Source: Pararhizobium sp.
Lineage (GTDB): Bacteria; Pseudomonadota; Alphaproteobacteria; Rhizobiales; Rhizobiaceae
NCBI RefSeq assembly: GCF_030655075.1
Contig: NZ_JAURWE010000061.1
DNA: 64,000 nt
Reading direction: 5' to 3' (one strand)
Shown: positions 35,971 to 45,251 of the stretch, in pieces
How the letters are laid out: each line of letters opens with the position of its first letter
How positions within the stretch are numbered: position 1 is the first letter of the stretch
Notes under the pieces: model-generated
Databases searched by the model: none
What the model was told of the DNA's origin: nothing
The model's input: the letters and a program-made list of their open reading frames with translations, nothing else
Made by a program: the position numbers and the translations under genes

Positions 35971-37131
35971 GTGAAGAATTGGGGCGTCCGGGTGATTATA
36001 CAGGCATTTCTCCGTTGGGTCGAAACCGCCAAGGCCAGTGACCGCGCCCGTGCGGCCAGTGCGCTTGGGCGGGCATACGTTGCTTCTGCCATGAGCACAA
36101 TCGACCGGCAGGCGGCAGAGATGGCCATGACCTTCCTGCTCGACGATCCATCGCCCGCCGTGCGCCTGGCTCTCGCCGAAGCGCTGGGCAGTTCGGCTGC
36201 CGCACCGCGCCCGATCATCCTGTCGCTGGCCGAAGACCAGTCCGCCATTGCCGGTCATGTCATCGTCGCCTCGCCCGTGCTCGAAGACGCCGATCTGGTT
36301 GACCTGGCCGCCAAGGGCACGACTGAGACCCGCGCCATGATCGCGCTCAGAGCCCGCGTCTCGCGGCCGGTCTGTGCGGCTCTGGCCGAAATTGGCGGCG
36401 AAACCGAAATCCTGCTGCTGCTCGACAACGATGGCGCCTTGCTCTCCGGCCGCATGATCAAGCGCATCTGCGAGCGGCTCGGCCACTGCGCCGAGATTCG
36501 CGACCGCCTTTTCGACCGGCACGATCTGCCCTGCGATGCCCGTCACGCGCTGGTCGAGCATGTCGGCACAGCACTTGCAGGCTTCAACCTCGTCAAGGAC
36601 ATTGTCGGCCCGTCGCGCATTGCCCGCATCACCCGCGAGGCCTGCGACGTCGCCACGGTCAAGATTGCCGGCTCCGTCGAGCCGTTTGAAATCCCGGCGC
36701 TGGTCGAGCACCTGCGCGTCGAGGGCAAGCTGACGCCGGTGTTTTTGATGCATGCGCTGTGCTCGGGCAAAATCGATTTCTTCGCGGCCGCCATCGTCAA
36801 TCTGTCCGGCTGCACCGAAAAGCGCGTCCGCTCGATCATAGCCGATGGCCGCATGCACGCCATCCGCGCCCTGTTCGAATCGGCAGGCCTTGCCCGCGAT
36901 ATTTCCACGCTCTTCGTCGATGCGACACTGATGTGGCGCCGCCAGGCGACAGTCGAAAGCGGCGATGTCATCGCCTCGATCTCGGCCGGTCTGCTCGAAA
37001 AATTCCGGATGACGGAAAGCCCGCTCGCCGCCAGCGGCGGCCTGCTCGATCTGGTCGAAAAGCTCAACATCGCCGAACGCCGCCAGTCGGCCCGCAGTTA
37101 TGCGCTGTTGGCCGCCACTCAAGCCGCCTAG
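35971..37131 (+). CDS. DUF2336-family protein
   Basis: IIQAFLRWVETAKASDRARAASALGRAY...LLDDPSPAVRLALAEAL is a HEAT-like repeat protein common in alphaproteobacteria. An alternative GTG start lies at 35992. Confidence 0.7.
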   Translation: MKNWGVRVIIQAFLRWVETAKASDRARAASALGRAYVASAMSTIDRQAAEMAMTFLLDDPSPAVRLALAEALGSSAAAPRPIILSLAEDQSAIAGHVIVASPVLEDADLVDLAAKGTTETRAMIALRARVSRPVCAALAEIGGETEILLLLDNDGALLSGRMIKRICERLGHCAEIRDRLFDRHDLPCDARHALVEHVGTALAGFNLVKDIVGPSRIARITREACDVATVKIAGSVEPFEIPALVEHLRVEGKLTPVFLMHALCSGKIDFFAAAIVNLSGCTEKRVRSIIADGRMHAIRALFESAGLARDISTLFVDATLMWRRQATVESGDVIASISAGLLEKFRMTESPLAASGGLLDLVEKLNIAERRQSARSYALLAATQAA

Positions 37132-37541
37132 TTCTTGAATTTCCGGGCGACCCAGGAATAACCGTCCTCGATATAGTGCACCGGGCCTGTGACCACCGAT
37201 TTCAGCGTGTCGGTGCCGGGCACCGCGTTTCTGAACAGGGTGATGGCGCGGCTGGCAATGCCGGGCTTTTCGGCCGCACTCGTGTCGAACGTATCGGGCA
37301 TCGTGCCGGTCACCGGCGGGGTCTCGACCGCAGCCTCGGCCGTCATGTCCTTGCCGGAGGTTTCGCAGACCGCCACCATCATCGGATAGTTCTTGTCGGA
37401 AAAATTGTTCAGCTGTTTTTCCGATGCTGCATCGCAGACCGCCACCGATTGCCAGGTACGGTCCACCGTCGCCACATAATGGCACTGCGTGGCGCTGTCG
37501 TCGCAGCCAAGGATTGTCATGACGATCAAAGCGGCTTTCAT
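37128..37541 (-). CDS. hypothetical lipoprotein
   Basis: Lipobox MKAALIVMTILGC. 137 aa. The stop overlaps the DUF2336 stop region (convergent). Confidence 0.6.
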   Translation of the reverse strand: MKAALIVMTILGCDDSATQCHYVATVDRTWQSVAVCDAASEKQLNNFSDKNYPMMVAVCETSGKDMTAEAAVETPPVTGTMPDTFDTSAAEKPGIASRAITLFRNAVPGTDTLKSVVTGPVHYIEDGYSWVARKFKN

Positions 37542-37631
37542 GGCAGCGTTTCCTGATGTCCGAGGGTCTCAAGCTGTCCTTACATGCTTGCATTGCCGCG
37601 AAACTATGGCGATGCCCGGCGTGGCAGACCT

Positions 37632-39740
37632 TCAGATATCCAGGTTCTCCGCAAAGGCCGAGCGTTCCTGGATGAAGCGGAAGCGGGCGTCGGGGCGGGT
37701 TCCCATCAGATTGTCCACCGCTTCGCGCGTGCCTTCGAAATCGATCTCGTCGATGGCGACCTTCAGGAGCGTGCGTTTGCCCGGGTCCATCGTCGTTTCC
37801 TTGAGCTGCGCGGCCATCATTTCGCCCAGCCCCTTGAAGCGGCCGATCTCGACCTTGCCGCGGCCCTTGAACTCGGTCTCCATCAGCTCCTGCCGGTGGG
37901 CGTCGTTGCGGGCGTAGAGCGTCTTGGCGCCCTGGCTCATGCGGTAGAGCGGCGGCACGGCGAGAAAGAGGTGGCCGCCGCGGATGAGCTCCGGCATCTC
38001 CTGGTAGAAGAAGGTGATCAGCAGCGAAGCGATGTGGGCGCCGTCGACGTCGGCATCGGTCATGATGATGATGCGGCCGTAGCGCAAGTCCTCGTCGCGA
38101 TACTTGCTGCGTGTGCCGCAGCCGAGCGCCAGGATCAGGTCGGAAATCTGCTGGTTGGCGCTGAGCTTTTCGCGGCCGGCGCTGGCGACGTTGAGGATCT
38201 TGCCGCGCAAGGGCAGGATCGCCTGATTGGTCCGGTTGCGCGCCTGTTTGGCCGAGCCGCCGGCCGAATCGCCTTCGACGATGAACAGTTCGGTGCCCTC
38301 GGGCGAATTCTTCGAGCAGTCGGCAAGTTTGCCAGGCAGACGCAGGCGGCTGACGGCGGTCTTGCGGTTGACTTCCTTTTCCTTGCGCCGCCGCATGCGC
38401 TCTTCCGAGCGCTCGATCACCCAGTCGAGCAGCTTTGCCGCTTCCTGCGGATTGTCGGCGAGATAATGATCGAACGGATCGCGAAGGGCATTTTCGACCA
38501 GGCGCTGGGCCTCGACGGTCGCCAGGCGGTCCTTTGTCTGGCCGACGAACTCCGGCTCGCGGATGAAGACCGAGAGCATGCCGGCAGCCGAAATCATCAC
38601 GTCGTCGGTGGTGATGTTGGCGGCGCGTTTGTTCTGCGTCAGGTCCGCATAGGATTTCAGCCCCTTGGTCAGCGCGATGCGGAAACCGGCCTCATGCGTG
38701 CCGCCCTCGGGCGTCGGGATGGTGTTGCAATAGGAGTGGACCATCGTGTCGCCACCGTACCAGGTGACGGCCCATTCCATGGCCCCATGGCCGCCGGTCT
38801 TTTCCGTCTTGCCGGCGAAGATCTCGCGGGTGACGGTGAAATCCTTGCCGAGCTGGGCTTTCAGGTAGTCCTTGAGGCCGCCTGGGAAATGGAAGACGGC
38901 CTTTTCCGGAATGTCGGAACCTTCGACGATCAGCGCCGCATCGCAGCTCCAGCGGATCTCGACGCCGCCGAACAGATAGGCCTTCGAGCGCGCCATGCGC
39001 ATGATGCGCCCGGCGTCGAATTTCGCATGCGGGCCAAAGATATCCGGATCGGGATGGAAGCGGGTGCGGGTGCCGCGGCGGTTGTGCACGTCGCCCAATT
39101 CTTCCAGATCGCCAAGCGGCACGCCGCGCGAAAAGCGCTGGCGGTAGAGCTTGCGATTGCGCGCCACCTCGACCTCGAGCAGGTCCGACAGCGCATTGAC
39201 GACGGAGACGCCGACGCCGTGCAGACCGCCCGAGGTCTCATAGGCCTTGCCGTCGAACTTGCCGCCCGCATGCAGCTTGGTCATGATGACTTCGAGCGTC
39301 GATTTGCCCGGAACCTGCGGATGGTTTTCGACAGGAATGCCGCGTCCATTGTCGGTGACGGTGAGGAAGCCGGCCGTATCCAGATGCACCTCGATGAAGT
39401 CAGCGTGGCCAGCCACCGCTTCGTCCATCGAATTGTCGATGACTTCAGCAAACAGGTGATGCAGCGCTTTTTCGTCCGTGCCGCCGATATACATGCCCGG
39501 CCGCATGCGCACGGGCTCGAGCCCTTCGAGAACGCGGATGGCCGAGGCGTCGTAGCTGTTGCTGTCACTGCCGGCAGGGCCGCTGCGGTTCTGGCGCGGT
39601 GCCGGTTCGGCCTTGACTGCGGTCTCGGGCGTGGCCTGTGGCTCGGGCGCTAGCTTGAGCACGGGCGCAGCGCTCGGCTTGGCAACGGCGGGTACGGGCT
39701 CTGCGCCAGAAGTCGAAAAAAGATCGTTCGGTTCGTCCAT
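37632..39740 (-). CDS. parE: DNA topoisomerase IV subunit B
   Basis: GHKL ATPase block LEGLEPVRMRPGMYIGGT...HHLFAEVIDNSMDEA, and Toprim block ELFIVEGDSAGGSAKQARNR...PLRGKILNV. At about 700 aa the length fits ParE rather than GyrB. Confidence 0.88.
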   Translation of the reverse strand: MDEPNDLFSTSGAEPVPAVAKPSAAPVLKLAPEPQATPETAVKAEPAPRQNRSGPAGSDSNSYDASAIRVLEGLEPVRMRPGMYIGGTDEKALHHLFAEVIDNSMDEAVAGHADFIEVHLDTAGFLTVTDNGRGIPVENHPQVPGKSTLEVIMTKLHAGGKFDGKAYETSGGLHGVGVSVVNALSDLLEVEVARNRKLYRQRFSRGVPLGDLEELGDVHNRRGTRTRFHPDPDIFGPHAKFDAGRIMRMARSKAYLFGGVEIRWSCDAALIVEGSDIPEKAVFHFPGGLKDYLKAQLGKDFTVTREIFAGKTEKTGGHGAMEWAVTWYGGDTMVHSYCNTIPTPEGGTHEAGFRIALTKGLKSYADLTQNKRAANITTDDVMISAAGMLSVFIREPEFVGQTKDRLATVEAQRLVENALRDPFDHYLADNPQEAAKLLDWVIERSEERMRRRKEKEVNRKTAVSRLRLPGKLADCSKNSPEGTELFIVEGDSAGGSAKQARNRTNQAILPLRGKILNVASAGREKLSANQQISDLILALGCGTRSKYRDEDLRYGRIIIMTDADVDGAHIASLLITFFYQEMPELIRGGHLFLAVPPLYRMSQGAKTLYARNDAHRQELMETEFKGRGKVEIGRFKGLGEMMAAQLKETTMDPGKRTLLKVAIDEIDFEGTREAVDNLMGTRPDARFRFIQERSAFAENLDI

Positions 39741-39942
39741 GGTGCCAATCAAATGTAATGCCGGTGCGGCCTGCACGCGGAATGCGAATCACTGGAATCT
39801 TGCCAGATTGCCGGCGTCCGGGCGAGGGGTCGCCTGCCGGTGGAAACTCTGGCCGCCCCGGCTGTTCCGGTAATGTTCGGACGAAGGATTGCGTCCCGGC
39901 GGCGCCGATGGCAAGTGTTGCAGCCACAAGGAGCCGATCCGC

Positions 39943-40824
39943 ATGCACATGTCCACAGCTCATTTCCTGAAAACCACTGCTTTCGCTCTGGCGGCGATGG
40001 TTTGGCTGACCGGTGCTGCGGGTGCGCAGGGCCTCAAACCCTTCAAGGACGAGATGTTCTCCTACGGCGACATCAAGGAAACCGCCGATGGCGGCGATTA
40101 CCGCGTCGTCGGCTATGACGAGATGCGCGACATCAACGGCCGTGACCAGATCCCCGAGCGGCGGGTGAAATCCGCCTATGTTTCGACCGGCGTGAAACGC
40201 CAGCAGGTCAACGAGACCTTGCCGCTCGGCGATAGCGGCATCGACGTCACCCGGGTCGGGCCGGAGACCGGCGCGGCGTTTTCGGTGATTTTCATCCACG
40301 GCCGGGGCGGCGACCGTCGGTTGGGCAGCAACGACTATTCCTTCGGCGGCAATTTCAACCGCGTCAAGAACCTCGCGGTGGCCAATGGCGGAACCTATTA
40401 TGCGCCGAGCGTCACCAGCTTCGATGCTGAGGGCGTGGCGCGCATCGCCGGCCTGATCGCCATGGTGCAGCAGCGCTCGCCCGGAAGACCGGTCATCCTG
40501 TCCTGTGCCTCGATGGGCAGCTTCATCTGCTGGGGCATCAGCCGCAAGCCCGACACGGTGGCGCAGCTTGCCGGCATGATGGTGATGGGCGGCGCAGTCG
40601 ATCCGGATTTTCCGAAAAGCGCCGCATTCAAGGCCAAGCTGCCGATGTTTTTCAGCCATGGCAGCAGGGACAGTGTTTACCCGGCCGAACAGCAGGTGGC
40701 GCTCTACCGGCAACTGAAGGCAGCAAATTATCCGGCCCGCTTCGTGCTGTTCGACAGCGGCTCGCACGGCACGCCTGTGCGCATGACCGACTGGCGCGAC
40801 GCGTTGAACTGGCTGTTGCGTTAG
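39943..40824 (+). CDS. secreted alpha/beta-hydrolase (esterase-like)
   Basis: Signal peptide ...LTGAAGAQG. FIHGRGGD, SCASMGS (nucleophile elbow variant), FSHGSRDSV, DSGSHG. Confidence 0.6.
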   Translation: MHMSTAHFLKTTAFALAAMVWLTGAAGAQGLKPFKDEMFSYGDIKETADGGDYRVVGYDEMRDINGRDQIPERRVKSAYVSTGVKRQQVNETLPLGDSGIDVTRVGPETGAAFSVIFIHGRGGDRRLGSNDYSFGGNFNRVKNLAVANGGTYYAPSVTSFDAEGVARIAGLIAMVQQRSPGRPVILSCASMGSFICWGISRKPDTVAQLAGMMVMGGAVDPDFPKSAAFKAKLPMFFSHGSRDSVYPAEQQVALYRQLKAANYPARFVLFDSGSHGTPVRMTDWRDALNWLLR

Positions 40825-40939
40825 CACACCAGCCGCACACGCTACAGCTTCATTAACCACGGCACCAATTGCTGCAATCAGACGTTGGCCCGTTTGCTAT
40901 TTTGAAAGCCCTCCATGGGAATGTGACCGGCATATTTCG

Positions 40940-42388
40940 TTGGGACGGCACGTTATGGACACACGGACAGATATCAGCAACATCCCGCTCTGCGTCGACC
41001 TCGATGGCACGCTGCTGGCGACCGATACGCTGTGGGAAGGCGCTGCCGTGATCCTGCTGCGCAACCCGCTGCTGATCTTTCCGATGCTCATGTGGATGCT
41101 GAAGGGCAAGGCCGTGCTGAAGCACGAGGTCGCCAAGCGCAGCCGGCGCCTCGCCGAAGACTGGGTCTACCGCGATGCGGTGATTGCCCGCCTGCGCGTG
41201 GAAAAAGAAAATGGCCGCAAGATCTTCCTGGTGACCGGCGCTGCGGAAAGCGTGGCCCTCGGCGTGCTAACCCATCTCGATGTCTTTTCCGGCGTCATTC
41301 ACTCCTCCGCGACCCTGAACCTCACCGGCAGCCGCAAGCGCGACGCGCTGGTTTCCCGCTTCGGCGAAGGTGGCTTCGACTATATCGGCAACAGCCGCGA
41401 CGATATACCGGCCTTTGATTCCGCCCGTCACGCCATTGTCGTGGCGCCCGATTCGGCGGCATCGAAATGGCAGAAGGCCCACGACAGCGAATTGCTCGAC
41501 ACCGGCGCCTCCAGCAAACTGGCGGTGCTGAAATCGATCCGCGTGCACCAATGGGCCAAGAACGTGCTGATTGGCGTGCCTGTCGTGCTCAATCACGACA
41601 TTGCCAATGTCGAAGCGATCGTTCATGCGGCCACCGGCTTCTTCGCCTTCAGCTTCCTTGCCTCCGCCGTCTACATCATCAACGACCTCTCCGACCTCAC
41701 CAACGACCGCCGCCACCCCAAGAAGAAGAAGCGCCCGCTCGCCAGCGGCCAGATGTCCGTGCCGATCGCCGCCGCTCTGGCCTTGAGCCTGATCGCCGCG
41801 TCGCTGGCGCTGACGCTGCTGCTGCCGCTGTTCTTCGCCGGTGTCCTTGCCTTCTATGCGGTCGCGACAACGGCCTACACATTCGTCCTCAAGCGCAAGT
41901 TGCTGGTCGATGTCTTCACGCTGGCAGGCCTCTACACCGTGCGCATCGTCGCCGGTGCGGCCGCCACCGGCGCCGAGCTGTCCTTCTGGCTCCTGTCCTT
42001 CTCGATCTTCTTCTTCTTGAGCCTGGCGCTGGTGAAGCGTTATGTCGAGCTGAACGAATATGATGGAAGCCAAGGCGATCAGGTACCGGGCCGAGGCTAT
42101 GTCTCGGTCGACTACGAGATGGTCGGGCAGGCTGGTGTCGCCTCGGCCTTTACCTCCGCCATGGTTCTGGCGCTTTATATCCACAGCAAGGAAATGCAGG
42201 AAATGTACACGACGCCCTGGGCGCTGTGGCCGCTCTGCCCGCTGGTGCTCTACATGCTGCTGCGCATCTGGATGCTCGCCCGCCGTTCCCTGCTGCATGA
42301 AGACCCGGTCGTCTTCATCATGCGCGACTGGCGCAGCCAGGTGACCATGGTGATCGGCGCCGGTCTGGTGCTGCTGGGAACCTTTTGA
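40940..42388 (+). CDS. fusion protein: HAD-like phosphatase domain plus UbiA-family polyprenyl-phosphate phosphoribosyltransferase-like domain
   Basis: N-terminal CVDLDGTLLATD (HAD motif I). C-terminal multi-TM UbiA domain with NDLSDLTNDRRHPKKKKRPLASG, the pattern I associate with decaprenyl-phosphate 5-phosphoribosyltransferase-type enzymes. Confidence 0.75.
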   Translation: MGRHVMDTRTDISNIPLCVDLDGTLLATDTLWEGAAVILLRNPLLIFPMLMWMLKGKAVLKHEVAKRSRRLAEDWVYRDAVIARLRVEKENGRKIFLVTGAAESVALGVLTHLDVFSGVIHSSATLNLTGSRKRDALVSRFGEGGFDYIGNSRDDIPAFDSARHAIVVAPDSAASKWQKAHDSELLDTGASSKLAVLKSIRVHQWAKNVLIGVPVVLNHDIANVEAIVHAATGFFAFSFLASAVYIINDLSDLTNDRRHPKKKKRPLASGQMSVPIAAALALSLIAASLALTLLLPLFFAGVLAFYAVATTAYTFVLKRKLLVDVFTLAGLYTVRIVAGAAATGAELSFWLLSFSIFFFLSLALVKRYVELNEYDGSQGDQVPGRGYVSVDYEMVGQAGVASAFTSAMVLALYIHSKEMQEMYTTPWALWPLCPLVLYMLLRIWMLARRSLLHEDPVVFIMRDWRSQVTMVIGAGLVLLGTF

Positions 42389-42389
42389 C

Positions 42390-43721
42390 ATGACGGCAGG
42401 AAGTTTCGACAGCTGGGGCCGGCTCGATCGCCGCCCGCGCGCCTCCGTCGGCGTCGATGCCGTCGAGGATGCCGGTCTTCTGTCGGCAGGGCCATCGCTT
42501 CTGCCGTTCGGCAACGGCCGTTCCTATGGCGACAGCTGCCACAATGACCAGGGACTGCTGATCGACAACCGCGCCCATGCGCGCATCACCTCGTTTGATC
42601 CCGGCACCGGCATCATCATCTGTGAGGCAGGCGCGACGCTGCGTCAGGTGCTGGAAAAGGCCATCCCGCACTTCTTCTTCCTGCCGGTGACGCCCGGCAC
42701 CGCCTTTGCCACCATTGCCGGTGCCGTCGCCAACGATGTGCATGGCAAGAACCACCATCTGCGCGGCACCTTCGGCAATCATGTGCGCAGTCTCACGCTG
42801 CTGCGCTCGACCGGCGAGCGGGTCACCTGCTCGATGAGTGAGAACACGGCGCTGTTTGAGGCGACGATCGGCGGCATGGGCCTGACGGGACTGATCCTGT
42901 CAGTCGAGCTGCAGCTGATGAAGGTGCCGTCGGCCCATATCCAGCAGCACACGATCCGCTTCGAGAGCCTGGGCGAATATTTCGACATCGTCGACGGTGT
43001 CGACGAGGCGCACGAATATTCCGTCGCCTGGATCGACCAGCTCGCCGCAAACAAGAAGATGGGCCGGGGCATCCTGCTCGCCGGAGACCATGCCGATGGC
43101 TCCTGCGAGTTTCCCGACGTGCCGCGCACGCTGAAATTCACCATCCCGGTGTCGCCGCCGTTCAATGTGCTCAACAGGCCGTTTCTCAAGGTTTTCAACG
43201 AGTTCTATTTCCGCAAGGAGCGGGAAGGCGAGGTCGTCAAGACCGTGCGCTGGCCGGGCTACTTCTATCCGCTCGATGCCATCAGCCACTGGAACAGGCT
43301 CTACGGGCCAAAAGGCCTTTATCAGCACCAGAGCGTCTATCCGGCCGATAACGCCCGTGAGATCACTGCGCTGCTGATGGAAACGGCCCGCAAGGCCGGG
43401 CATGCATCATTCCTGACGGTGCTGAAGAAGTTCGGCGGCATCCGCTCGCGCGGGCTTCTGTCCTTCCCGCGCCCCGGCTTCACGCTGACGCTGGATTTCG
43501 CCAATCAGGGTAAAGAAACCGTGAGCCTGCTCGACAGGCTCGACGCCATCGTCACCGAGGCCGGTGGCGCCATCAATCCCTACAAGGATGCGCGCATGAG
43601 CCCGCAAACCTTCGCAAAGTCCTTTCCGGACTGGGAAAAGCTGGAGGCGCTGCGCGACCCGGCGCTCGTTTCGAATTTCTGGGCGCGCACGGCGCTGATG
43701 TCGAAAAACGGGACTGCATAA
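42390..43721 (+). CDS. FAD-binding oxidoreductase, DprE1-like
   Basis: LPFGNGRSYGDSCHN (compare GLGRSYGD in DprE1-type oxidases), an FAD_binding_4 pattern, and a start 1 nt after the upstream stop. Confidence 0.75.
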   Translation: MTAGSFDSWGRLDRRPRASVGVDAVEDAGLLSAGPSLLPFGNGRSYGDSCHNDQGLLIDNRAHARITSFDPGTGIIICEAGATLRQVLEKAIPHFFFLPVTPGTAFATIAGAVANDVHGKNHHLRGTFGNHVRSLTLLRSTGERVTCSMSENTALFEATIGGMGLTGLILSVELQLMKVPSAHIQQHTIRFESLGEYFDIVDGVDEAHEYSVAWIDQLAANKKMGRGILLAGDHADGSCEFPDVPRTLKFTIPVSPPFNVLNRPFLKVFNEFYFRKEREGEVVKTVRWPGYFYPLDAISHWNRLYGPKGLYQHQSVYPADNAREITALLMETARKAGHASFLTVLKKFGGIRSRGLLSFPRPGFTLTLDFANQGKETVSLLDRLDAIVTEAGGAINPYKDARMSPQTFAKSFPDWEKLEALRDPALVSNFWARTALMSKNGTA

Positions 43722-43806
43722 AATTTGAATAAATTAAACGGCCAAACTTCACGGAATGTAATGCTCTGATGTGTATTGGAAGTCACAGAGAACAGGGACA
43801 CAACAC

Positions 43807-44244
43807 ATGAAGTATATCATATTCATTCTATTTACCGTGGCGACCAATGCTGCAGCCCAGATCATGCTGAAACAGGGCATGATGTCGCTCGGTCCGCTGA
43901 GCTTTACCGCCGATACCATGATCAGCCGTATATTCCAGATCATTTTCAATCCCTGGGTCTTTGCCGGACTTGCGACCTTCGTCATTTCGATGGCCTCGCA
44001 TCTTTACGTCCTGTCGAAGGTCGAGCTTTCCTTTGCCTATCCGTTCCTCAGCCTCGCCTATGTCGCGGTCGCGGTCGTCGCCTATTTCGTCTTTCGTGAA
44101 GATCTCAATGCCTGGCGGATCGCCGGCATCGCCTTCATCTGCATTGGCACGGTCCTGATCGCCCAATCGGGCCGCACCACCCCATCCCATGATGCCGGCA
44201 GCATCACAGAAGCAAACATCGCAAAAAGCGGGAGCCACGCATGA
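43807..44244 (+). CDS. small 4-TM membrane protein, EamA/SMR (ArnE/ArnF-like) candidate lipid-linked sugar flippase
   Basis: MKYIIFILFTVATNAAAQIMLKQGM... with four hydrophobic segments. Lower GC than its neighbours. The stop overlaps the next start (ATGA). Confidence 0.65.
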   Translation: MKYIIFILFTVATNAAAQIMLKQGMMSLGPLSFTADTMISRIFQIIFNPWVFAGLATFVISMASHLYVLSKVELSFAYPFLSLAYVAVAVVAYFVFREDLNAWRIAGIAFICIGTVLIAQSGRTTPSHDAGSITEANIAKSGSHA

Positions 44245-45251
44245 AGCACGTTATTTTTGGAGGCGACGGTTTCGTCGGCCGTCATCTGGCCGAGCGCCTG
44301 GTCAAGGACGGCGAAGAGGTCGTCATCGCCGATATCGCCAAGTCGGACCTGCCGCACTATTCCCGCGCCCGCTTCGTGCGCACCGACGTGACCGATGCCG
44401 AATCCGTCTTCAATGTCGAGATTGGCGCCGATGACATGGTCTACAACATGGCCGCCAAGATGCTGTCGCCGCTGCAGGTACGCGCCAAGCGCTGGGAGTT
44501 CTTCTGGCCGGTCAACTATTACGGTGCCGAAAACATCATGAAGGCGACGGCGCGGGCCAACGCCAGCAAGATGGTGCAGTTCACCACCGACATGATCTAC
44601 GGCCACACGGTACAGTCGCCGCAGACCGAGGATCATCCGGCAAAGCCGCTCGGCGAATACGGCAAGTCCAAGTGGGCAACCGAGAAACTGGTACATGAAT
44701 GGCGCAAGGAGGGGATCAACATCTCGATCTTCCGCCCGCGCCTGATCATCGGCCCCGGCCGTCTCGGCATCCTGGAAAAGCTGTTCAAGCTCATCGACAT
44801 GAACCTGCCGGTTCCGATGATCGGCTCGGGCAAGAACCCCTACCAGTTCATCTCGGTGTTCGACTGCGCCGAAGCCGCCCGTCTTGCCTGGAAAGGCGGC
44901 GTTCCGAACGAGGAATACAATCTCGGCTCCGACAATCCGCCATCGGTGAAAAAGCTGCTCGGCGACCTGATCGTGCATGCCGGTTCGAGATCGTTCCTGC
45001 TGCCGACGCCGGCCTTCGCGGTCAAGGCGACGCTGGCCGCCTTCGACTACATCAACATGCCGATCATGGATCCGGAACAGTATCTCATCGCCGACGAGAT
45101 GTGCATCCGCGAAACCGGCAAGCTGAAGCGCGAACTCGGCTGGAAGGCCCAGTTCAACGACGGCGACATGCTGATCGCGGCCTATGACGAATACCGCGCC
45201 AAGAAGGCAGGCAAGAGCTTTGCCGCCACCACCGCCGTTCCGGCCGAATGA
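44241..45251 (+). CDS. NAD-dependent epimerase/dehydratase-family (extended SDR) protein
   Basis: MKHVIFGGDGFVGRHLAERL (GxxGxxG Rossmann) and YGKSKWATE (YxxxK). Confidence 0.8.
   Translation: MKHVIFGGDGFVGRHLAERLVKDGEEVVIADIAKSDLPHYSRARFVRTDVTDAESVFNVEIGADDMVYNMAAKMLSPLQVRAKRWEFFWPVNYYGAENIMKATARANASKMVQFTTDMIYGHTVQSPQTEDHPAKPLGEYGKSKWATEKLVHEWRKEGINISIFRPRLIIGPGRLGILEKLFKLIDMNLPVPMIGSGKNPYQFISVFDCAEAARLAWKGGVPNEEYNLGSDNPPSVKKLLGDLIVHAGSRSFLLPTPAFAVKATLAAFDYINMPIMDPEQYLIADEMCIRETGKLKRELGWKAQFNDGDMLIAAYDEYRAKKAGKSFAATTAVPAE

Noticed and set aside
35128-37593. An 821-aa minus-strand ORF spanning three loci.
   Set aside because: Only its last 233 codons (35128-35829) look like a real protein (CitE/HpcH-like, with its own ATG). 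The rest is antisense to the DUF2336 gene, or out of frame with the lipoprotein gene, and reads as junk.
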